Origin: Clostridia bacterium
Lineage (GTDB): Bacteria > Bacillota > Clostridia > Oscillospirales > CAG-272
Length of the DNA stretch: 64,000 bases
Reading direction: 5' to 3'
Assembly (NCBI GenBank): GCA_017532425.1
Contig: JAFXJH010000019.1
Span: forward strand, 1,029-65,028
Below, piece after piece: positions 17,932-24,809 of the stretch. A program made the position numbers and the translations under genes. Each line of letters starts with the position of its first letter. Positions within the stretch are counted from its first letter, which is position 1. The notes under the pieces are model-generated. The model ran no database searches. It was not told where the DNA came from and saw only the letters and a program-made list of their open reading frames with translations.

Positions 17932-19599
17932 TTAAAATATAACACTTACGGTCGTTCCTTCTCCGAGCTTGCTTTGAAGCTTTATCTCGGCACTATGAAG
18001 CATAACGCCGTGCTTGACTATAGAAAGTCCGAGCCCGGTGCCGCCCGTTTCCTTGGAGTGACTCTTGTCTACTCTGTAAAAACGCTCGAAGACGCGAGCC
18101 TGATCTTCCTCGGCGATTCCTATGCCGGTGTCGGCAACAGAAAGCACGGGGCGCATATCGTCACTATAGAGCCTTATTTTAACGCTTCCGCCGGGACGAT
18201 TGTAGGTGAGTGCGTTGTCGGCAAGGTTGAATATTATCTCGTAAAGCACGGGTCTGATTCCGTTTACGAGGATCTCCTCGCCTTCAAATGAGAGATCGAC
18301 ACCAAGCCTTTCGGCTTTTTCGGACAGCCTTTCGGTAACGGAAGTGCAAAGCTCAAGCAGGTTTACCTTTTCAAACTCTGCCATAAGATTTTTTTCGTCA
18401 AGGCGGGAAAGCTTTATTATGTCCTCAATAAGAGTAAGAAGACGGGATGCTTCCGAATGTATCTGCTCTGCAAAGGTTGGAACGTCCTCGCTTCGCGCGA
18501 CTCCGTTTGAGATTATTTCCGCGTAGCCGAGTATCGTTGTAAGAGGGGTCTTGAGCTCGTGCGAAACGTTTGCCGAAAATTCACGGCGCATTCCCTCAGC
18601 TTGCTCGGACGACGTGACGTCAAGAATGAGAAGAACTACAGAATATTCACCGTAAAGATTGGTGACCGGTGTTGCTGTAAGTCGGTATATCTTTCCGGGA
18701 CGGGATATGTTTCCGATAGTACGGCTTCCGTTAAATGCGTTTTTCAGAATGTTTATTACGTCATCACTGCCGATAAGATCGGTATACAGAGCTCCGCGCT
18801 CGATCGAGAGAATGCTTCGTGCACTTTTGTTTGCCGAAAGTATAACGCCGTCAGAGGAAAGAACGACGATCCCTTCACTCATATTGGCAGTAATGCTGTC
18901 AAATTCCGACCTCCGACGGGTAAGCTCTTCCATGCGGTCGGCTATTTCGGAATTCTTTTTTTCAATGCTGCGAAGCATAGGTGTGAGCTCTTCGTATGTG
19001 TGATTGGACATTGGATTGTCGAAATTGAGGTTGCGAAGAGGATTGCTGAGCGATTTCGAGAGTATTATGGCGATTAAAAATGAGATAAGCGCCAAGATGG
19101 CGGCGATGGGAACGGTAATTATAGCCGCATTTGCAAAAGCTCCGAGACCGTTTGCCACAGAGGTCGCAAGTCGGAGAATGTTTCCGCTTTCAAGACGGAT
19201 AGCGTAGTAATACGTCTCGTTTCCTATCGTATCAGAAGCGCGCGTAGCTTCGCCTCTGCCGTTCGAAATGGCGCCCTCAAATTCGGGGCGGTCGGCATGA
19301 TTGCCCATTTCTGAAGGGGAAGCAAAGTTGTCGTAAAGAACCTCACCGTCCCTGGAAATAAGAGTTATTCTGTGCTCGCTCGGCTTGCCTATGCGCTCGA
19401 GAAAAACGAAAGTGTCTTCGCCGTATGAATCTATTTCGTTGACAGCCTTTGAAAGATATTCTGCCTGATAGCGTATTTCCTCGATAACGTCGCTGTGTGA
19501 ATCTGCGTACGTTATGCCGGTTATAACCAGTACTGATATTATCAAAGTGCAGAGAGAGGGGATAAGTATGCTCCAAAAGGTCTTTTTTCGCATTTTCAT
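17932..19599 (-). CDS. Sensor histidine kinase, PhoR-like (2 TM, PAS, HisKA, HATPase)
   Basis: H-box SHELKTPLTTILGYAEII. N/G boxes NLADNALTYN and DTGIGI..GGTGLGLSIV. Two N-terminal TM segments. Confidence 0.85.
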   Translation of the reverse strand: MKMRKKTFWSILIPSLCTLIISVLVITGITYADSHSDVIEEIRYQAEYLSKAVNEIDSYGEDTFVFLERIGKPSEHRITLISRDGEVLYDNFASPSEMGNHADRPEFEGAISNGRGEATRASDTIGNETYYYAIRLESGNILRLATSVANGLGAFANAAIITVPIAAILALISFLIAIILSKSLSNPLRNLNFDNPMSNHTYEELTPMLRSIEKKNSEIADRMEELTRRRSEFDSITANMSEGIVVLSSDGVILSANKSARSILSIERGALYTDLIGSDDVINILKNAFNGSRTIGNISRPGKIYRLTATPVTNLYGEYSVVLLILDVTSSEQAEGMRREFSANVSHELKTPLTTILGYAEIISNGVARSEDVPTFAEQIHSEASRLLTLIEDIIKLSRLDEKNLMAEFEKVNLLELCTSVTERLSEKAERLGVDLSFEGEEILVNGIRPVLYEIIFNLADNALTYNRPGGSVKIRLYSDDMRPVLSVADTGIGIAEEDQARVFERFYRVDKSHSKETGGTGLGLSIVKHGVMLHSAEIKLQSKLGEGTTVSVIF

Positions 19600-19636
19600 T
19601 CTCCTTTTGCTTTGTTAGCTTTGTTTTTATATACTT

Positions 19637-19665
19637 AAACCACCGACAAGTGTCGGTGGTTTTTT
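19637..19665. terminator. Strong stem-loop between the response-regulator and kinase genes
   Basis: ACCACCGAC, loop aagt, GTCGGTGGT (9 bp). It is flanked by AAA on one side and TTTTT on the other. The perfect U-tract is on the plus strand, while both flanking genes are on the minus strand. Confidence 0.4.
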
Positions 19666-19666
19666 C

Positions 19667-20341
19667 TTAGCTTTTGTCTATTATCCGATAACCTACACCG
19701 CGTACGGTCTCAATAAGGTCGCCTGCGCTTCCAAGCTTTGAGCGGAGCGTTCTGATATGTACGTCGACCGTTCGGGTCTCACCGTCGAAATCGTATCCCC
19801 ATATTTTCTCAAGGATAAGATCGCGCGTGAGCACGGTGCCCCTGCTTGTCATAAGCATTTTAAGCAGCTCAAACTCCTTGAGTGTGAGAAGCACCTGAAC
19901 AGAGTCTACGGTAACAACGTGACTTTTGACGTTTAGGCTTATTCCCGATATCGAATATTCGTCGGATTCCGAAGAATTGGAGCTGCGGCGCAAAACCGCT
20001 TTTATTCGCGATATCATTTCCATTATGCCGAACGGCTTGGTTATGTAATCGTCTGCACCGTAGTCAAGCCCTATGATCTTGTCGTATTCGGTGTTCTTGG
20101 CGGTAACCATTATTACGGGAATGTTTTTGATAGAAGGAGTATTTCTGATCTTTTTCAGTATTTCGATGCCGTCTTCGCCGGGCATCATTATGTCAAGAAG
20201 AATAAGCTCGGGAACTCTTTTTTCGATTGCGTCGAGAAGAGCTTTTCCGTTGCTGAAGCCCTCAGCATCGAATCCTGTGTTTTTCAGGGTGTATATGACA
20301 AGATCGCGTATGCCCTTGTCATCTTCCGCATAATAGATCAT
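19667..20341 (-). CDS. OmpR/PhoB-family response regulator
   Basis: Receiver domain (LILLDIMMPGEDG, VIMVTAK) plus winged-helix domain (LTLKEFELLKML..VDVHIRTLRSKL..IETVRGVGYR). Confidence 0.9.
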   Translation of the reverse strand: MIYYAEDDKGIRDLVIYTLKNTGFDAEGFSNGKALLDAIEKRVPELILLDIMMPGEDGIEILKKIRNTPSIKNIPVIMVTAKNTEYDKIIGLDYGADDYITKPFGIMEMISRIKAVLRRSSNSSESDEYSISGISLNVKSHVVTVDSVQVLLTLKEFELLKMLMTSRGTVLTRDLILEKIWGYDFDGETRTVDVHIRTLRSKLGSAGDLIETVRGVGYRIIDKS

Positions 20342-20389
20342 ATTTTACTCCTTTCTCATAATTTCAGTATAGATCTTAAAGCTTTGATG

Positions 20390-22153
20390 TCAGTTTGCTT
20401 CCTTGATGGAATACTTGTTTCTGTACTCGGTGTACTTGATTCTGAAGTAGTTGTTGTCACCTGATTTTACAGCTTGCAGATACTCGTGAGAATCGAAGTT
20501 CATAGAAGCAACGTCGATTATCGAAACCGCAACGTTGGAGCAGTGGTCGGATACACGTTCGATATTGTTAAGGAAATCGGCAAGAACGAAGCCGTATTCT
20601 ATTGTGCACTGACCCTTCTGCAAACGCATAATGTGATTTGCACGAACCTCTGCGATGATGTCGTCGATAACCTCTTCAAGAGGCTCGATCTGGGTAGCGC
20701 ACTCAACGCTGTCCTCGGTGAATGCCTTGAGAGTGAGTGAAAGTATATCACGAATAGCTTCCTTGAGCACGGAAAGCTCGCGCTTTGCTGTGGGAGAGAA
20801 GTCGATCTTCTTTTCGTGGATCTCTTTTGCAACGTCTGCAAGATTTACAGCGTGGTCTCCGATACGCTCAAAGTCGCCGATACAGTGGAGAAGCTGTGCG
20901 GCACGTTGGCTGTCCGCATCGGATATGCTCTTACCAGAGAGCTTTACGATGTAGGATCCGAGCTTGTCCTCATATCTGTCGAGCACGTCTTCCTTAAGAA
21001 GAATATCGTCGGCACCGTCGGAAGAATATTTGTCGGTGAGCGCTACAGAGGAGATAAGAGTTTCAACCGATATTTCAGCCATCTTGCTTGTGGCGTTCTG
21101 ACATTCGGAAAGCGCAAACGAGGGAGTAGCGAGAAGTCTTTCGTCGATAAGAACCTCTTCAACCTTGTTTTCTTCTCCGCGAACGACCTTTTCGGCGATC
21201 TTGATAAGAAGCTTCGAGAAGGGAAGAAGGATGACAGTTACAGATACGTTGAACAAGCTGTGGAATATAGCAATTCCGAGCTCGTTGATAGGAGCATCGA
21301 GGATGGGCGCGCGGAAAATGAGATCGGCGATATAATAAGCGATAAGATAAACGACAGTACCGATTATATTAAAGGAAATGTGAAGAACGGAAACACGCTT
21401 TGCGTTCTTGTTTACACCGATACTCGAGATAAGAGAGGTTACACAAGTACCGATATTCTGTCCGAGGATGATCGGAATAGCCATTCCAAATGTAACGTTT
21501 CCCGAGCCTGCGAGAGTTATAAGAATACCTACAGAAGCGGCAGAGCTCTGAATTATACCGGTGAACGCCGTGCTGATAAGTACGGCAACAATGGGGTTCT
21601 TGAAAACAGAGAGGAACTGGTCGAAGTTGTCAAGCTCGGTAAGAGGCTTCATCGCGTCGCTCATAAGGGACATACCTGTCATAAGAACAGAGAATCCGAC
21701 GAGGATCATACCGATATCTTTTGTCTTCTGCTTTTTGGAAGCCATTATCATAAGAATACCTATGAAAGCGGCGATGGGAGCGAACGAAGAAGGCTTGAGA
21801 AGGTCGATAAATATGTTTCCGCCTTCAAGACCGACAAGTGAGAGAAGCCAAGCGGTAAGGGTCGTACCGATGTTTGAACCCATAATAACGCTTACAGTCT
21901 GCTGGAACTGCATAACGCCCGAGTTTACAAGACCTACGAGCATAACAGTCAGAGCGGATGAGGACTGTATAGCTACGGTTATACCCGCACCGAGAGCAAG
22001 TCCCTTGAAAATATTTGAAGTCATTTTACCGAGGGCGCGTTCAAGACTGCCACCCGTCATTTTTTCAAGTCCCGAGGACATTATAGTCATACCGTAAAGG
22101 AAGAACGCAACGCCGCCGAGAAGGCCTATTATAGCAAAAATAACAGTTTCCAT
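20390..22153 (-). CDS. Na+/phosphate cotransporter (NptA-like) fused to PhoU-like domains
   Basis: METVIFAIIGLLGGVAFFLYGM.. is the NaPi-II N-terminus. The C-terminal ~220 aa are helical and PhoU-like (IGDFERIGDHAVN, LNNIERVSDHCSN). ATG at 22153 follows AGGTAGGAAA; the ORF-track TTG at 22228 has no RBS. Confidence 0.8.
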   Translation of the reverse strand: METVIFAIIGLLGGVAFFLYGMTIMSSGLEKMTGGSLERALGKMTSNIFKGLALGAGITVAIQSSSALTVMLVGLVNSGVMQFQQTVSVIMGSNIGTTLTAWLLSLVGLEGGNIFIDLLKPSSFAPIAAFIGILMIMASKKQKTKDIGMILVGFSVLMTGMSLMSDAMKPLTELDNFDQFLSVFKNPIVAVLISTAFTGIIQSSAASVGILITLAGSGNVTFGMAIPIILGQNIGTCVTSLISSIGVNKNAKRVSVLHISFNIIGTVVYLIAYYIADLIFRAPILDAPINELGIAIFHSLFNVSVTVILLPFSKLLIKIAEKVVRGEENKVEEVLIDERLLATPSFALSECQNATSKMAEISVETLISSVALTDKYSSDGADDILLKEDVLDRYEDKLGSYIVKLSGKSISDADSQRAAQLLHCIGDFERIGDHAVNLADVAKEIHEKKIDFSPTAKRELSVLKEAIRDILSLTLKAFTEDSVECATQIEPLEEVIDDIIAEVRANHIMRLQKGQCTIEYGFVLADFLNNIERVSDHCSNVAVSIIDVASMNFDSHEYLQAVKSGDNNYFRIKYTEYRNKYSIKEAN

Positions 22154-22211
22154 AATTTTCCTACCTATAAATTTGAATTTAAAATAATCCATTACAATTT
22201 TATAAAAAAAA

Positions 22212-22252
22212 TGTGAACGTGTGCTCAAATTGCAGTTAAATCTAAGTTAAAT
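22212..22252 (-). promoter_or_regulatory. Candidate Pho-box-like direct repeats upstream of the Na/Pi transporter
   Basis: On the minus strand, ATTTAACT occurs twice with 11-bp phasing (22252-22245 and 22241-22234), followed by TTCACA (22217-22212) and a TATAAA. This periodicity is typical for OmpR/PhoB-family sites. Confidence 0.3.
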
Positions 22253-22426
22253 ATTTATTGCCGAAAAATGAACAAAGATGACGAAAATTGTTAAAACAGG
22301 CAAAAACGACGACTTGTTTCGCATTTTGGAAAAATATTGTTTGAGATGTATAAAATATCCTGAAAGCGGCTATTTTAAATATGATAAAATTACGCGGTAT
22401 TTCCGTTTGTATGAAAGGTGTTTGAT

Positions 22427-22579
22427 ATGGAAAAAATGAAAAAAGCAATGGAAAAAAAGGAAATGAAAATTCTTCTCTCCGTGGTGCTGGCTGTAGTTGC
22501 CGTAAGCGTTATGATGTGTACATTTAAGCTTGTCAGCCGTAAGAAAAAGCGTAAAAAGCTCGCGCAGGGAGAAATGTAA
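22427..22579 (+). CDS. Possible 50-aa single-pass membrane peptide
   Basis: MEKMKKAMEKKEMKILLSVVLAVVAVSVMMCTFKLVSRKKKRKKLAQGEM. GAAAGGTG lies 6 nt upstream of the ATG. The ORF is below the ORF-track size cutoff. Confidence 0.35.
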   Translation: MEKMKKAMEKKEMKILLSVVLAVVAVSVMMCTFKLVSRKKKRKKLAQGEM

Positions 22580-22597
22580 GAGAATTTTCAAACAAAA

Positions 22598-22958
22598 CAC
22601 CGTCATATCAAACGATACGACGGTGCGTAGGAAGACAAAATATTTTAGAAAATCCGGTAGCCAAGGAAAGGGGATTGGAGTCTGAGGAAAGGGGAAAAAC
22701 TTCGGCGTTTGAGATGGTTTTTCCCTTTCCTCAGTCAAACAGAACGATTTTGTCTGCATTTTACACCGTCATATCAAACGATATGACGGTACGTACGGAA
22801 GACAAAATATTTTAGAAAATCCGGTAGCCAAGGAATGGGGGTAGGAGTCTGAGAAAAGGGAAAAAACTTCGGCATTTGAGATGGTTTTTCCCATTCCTCA
22901 GTCAAACAGAACGATTTTGTCTACATTTTATACCGTCATATCAAACGATATGACGGTA
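22598..22958. repeat. 166-167-nt structured tandem repeat (2 full units plus a third copy of the leading hairpin)
   Basis: The hairpin ACCGTCATAT-caaacg-ATATGACGGT occurs at 22598-22625, 22765-22790 and 22931-22958. Each unit also has a closing stem AGACAAAAT/ATTTTGTCT and internal GGGAAAAAC/GTTTTTCCC hairpins. Confidence 0.85.
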
Positions 22959-22965
22959 TTTTACT

Positions 22966-23778
22966 TTAATTTTTGTTGAGAATCGATTTTATATCTTCAA
23001 AATCGGCATCGCTTACAAGAGCCTCGTCGCCGAGAGTGTACTCACGTCCGAGCATCTCGTACTTGTGAAGTCCGAGCTCGTGATATTTCAGCGCTTCTAT
23101 CTTTTCGATATTCGGGAATCGGTCAAGAAATTCTTTTATCTGCATAACGTCCTCTTTGCTTGCATTAAAGGTGTTGACAACAGGAATTCTTACCCAAATC
23201 TTTGCACCGCACTGATAGAGCCTCTCAAAATTCTCAAGGATAGTGCGGTTAGACATACCCGTGAATTTTTTGTGTTGCTCGTCATTCAGCGTTTTGATAT
23301 CGTAAAGAAATAGGGAAGCGTAGGGAATAAGCTTTTCGATGTTCGAAAATTCAACCGCACCGCAGGTATCGATAGCGACCGAAATACCGTGCTCTGCAAG
23401 CTTTTTCGTGCATTCGAGGATAAAATCGCTTTGAAGCAGACATTCTCCGCCCGAGAATGTCACTCCGCCTGTGTCCGAGAAAAAGTCGGCATCAGCAAGC
23501 AAAAGCTTCACAAGAGCGTCAGATGTGTACTCCTTGCCGTATGCGACAAGCGCGCCCGCGGGGCATACCTCTGCACCGTCAACTCTGCTTTTGTCCGCAC
23601 AGCTTTTGCAGGAAATGCATTTTCTCGGATCATACATAACGGACGTATCGCGAGTCAGACCCTCGGGATTCTGACACCACGCGCATCTCAGAGGGCATCC
23701 CTTCATAAATACCGTGGTGCGTACACCCGGTCCGTCGTGTAACGAGCATCTTTGAATGTTAAAAACTCTACCTGTCAT
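22966..23778 (-). CDS. Glycyl-radical enzyme activating protein (radical SAM)
   Basis: Contains SLHDGPGVRTTVFMKGCPLRCAWCQNPE plus the ferredoxin-like cluster CISCKSCADK..CPAGAL. Confidence 0.9.
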   Translation of the reverse strand: MTGRVFNIQRCSLHDGPGVRTTVFMKGCPLRCAWCQNPEGLTRDTSVMYDPRKCISCKSCADKSRVDGAEVCPAGALVAYGKEYTSDALVKLLLADADFFSDTGGVTFSGGECLLQSDFILECTKKLAEHGISVAIDTCGAVEFSNIEKLIPYASLFLYDIKTLNDEQHKKFTGMSNRTILENFERLYQCGAKIWVRIPVVNTFNASKEDVMQIKEFLDRFPNIEKIEALKYHELGLHKYEMLGREYTLGDEALVSDADFEDIKSILNKN

Positions 23779-23785
23779 AGCTTTA

Positions 23786-24736
23786 TCAGAAGTTTGCGTA
23801 TGTCAGCTTCCTCAGGATCTCCTCGTCGAGAACATATTCGGACATAAGGAGGTTTTCTTTGAGGTGATCGATGTTGGAGGAAGAGAAGAGCGGAACGATG
23901 GTAGGACGGTTCGGGAGTCTGTCAGAGCCGATAAGCCAAGCGAGAACGAGAGCGGAGGGTGCAAGACCGAGCTCCTTTGCGCTGTCAAGAAGAACGTTAA
24001 GACGTTCGTCTATCTGATACTTTCCGGGCATTCTCGCGATATTATCATATCCGCCGCCTGCAAGACAGGAGTAGGGAACGAGAGGTATATTGTTTTCTGC
24101 AAGATAGTGAAGTCTTTCTTCGGTGGCGTTTACGTTATAGGTGTAATTGAGCTTTGCTCCGCCTTTTGTGTAAAGATAGGTGTAGCAGGGCTGGTTTACC
24201 GTGAAATCAGCAAAGCCGTTCTTTTCGGCGATATGCTTTGCTTCGCACATACGCCATGTATAATAGTTGCTCGCACCGATAGCGCGTACCTTGCCCTTCT
24301 TTATAAGCTTATCAAAAGCCTCCATCGTTTCTTCGATGGGAGTGTTCATATCGTCGCTGTGAGCGTAGTAGAGGTCGATATAATCTGTTCCGAGCTTGCG
24401 AAGACTTTCGTCGCACCAGTACTCGATCTGCTTTGCGGAAAGTCCCGCGCCCTCGCCGTGACGGTCAAAGCCGACCTTTGTAGCGATAACGAGCTTGTCG
24501 CGTCCGCCTCTTTCCTTCAGCCATTTACCGAGCAGAGTTTCGCTCTCGTCGCCCGATGCACCCGGCCACCAGTGTGCATAGTTGTTGGATGTGTCGAGGA
24601 AGTTTCCTCCCATATCTACGAAAAGATCAAGCTGCTCGAAAGAATCCTTTTCGCTTGTTTTAGTGCCGAACATCATAGTTCCGAGACACATATTGCTGAC
24701 TTCAAGTCCTGCGCGTTCAAATTTTACTTTTTTCAT
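23786..24736 (-). CDS. Aldo/keto reductase family oxidoreductase
   Basis: Contains LGTMMFG, FLDTSNNY, IATKVG, IDLYYAHSDD and VRAIGASNY, which carry the AKR D-Y-K-H tetrad positions. Confidence 0.85.
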   Translation of the reverse strand: MKKVKFERAGLEVSNMCLGTMMFGTKTSEKDSFEQLDLFVDMGGNFLDTSNNYAHWWPGASGDESETLLGKWLKERGGRDKLVIATKVGFDRHGEGAGLSAKQIEYWCDESLRKLGTDYIDLYYAHSDDMNTPIEETMEAFDKLIKKGKVRAIGASNYYTWRMCEAKHIAEKNGFADFTVNQPCYTYLYTKGGAKLNYTYNVNATEERLHYLAENNIPLVPYSCLAGGGYDNIARMPGKYQIDERLNVLLDSAKELGLAPSALVLAWLIGSDRLPNRPTIVPLFSSSNIDHLKENLLMSEYVLDEEILRKLTYANF

Positions 24737-24763
24737 TTTTGTACCTGCCTTTCCTGAGGTTAT

Positions 24764-24793
24764 GAAGCTTTGAGGCGAAGGTCACAAAGCTTC
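24764..24793 (-). other. Intercistronic stem-loop between GRE2 and the AKR gene
   Basis: GAAGCTTTG (24764-24772) pairs with CAAAGCTTC (24785-24793): 9 bp with a 12-nt loop and no U-tract. Confidence 0.4.
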
Positions 24794-24809
24794 TGCCATT
24801 GTTTTATTT

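Noticed and set aside
22370-22759. 129-aa minus-strand ORF spanning the small-peptide gene and the first structured repeat unit.
   Set aside because: The product is repeat-derived and compositionally odd (FFHCFFHFFH, PFPQTPIPFPW). It has no RBS and overlaps hairpins. It is most likely non-coding.
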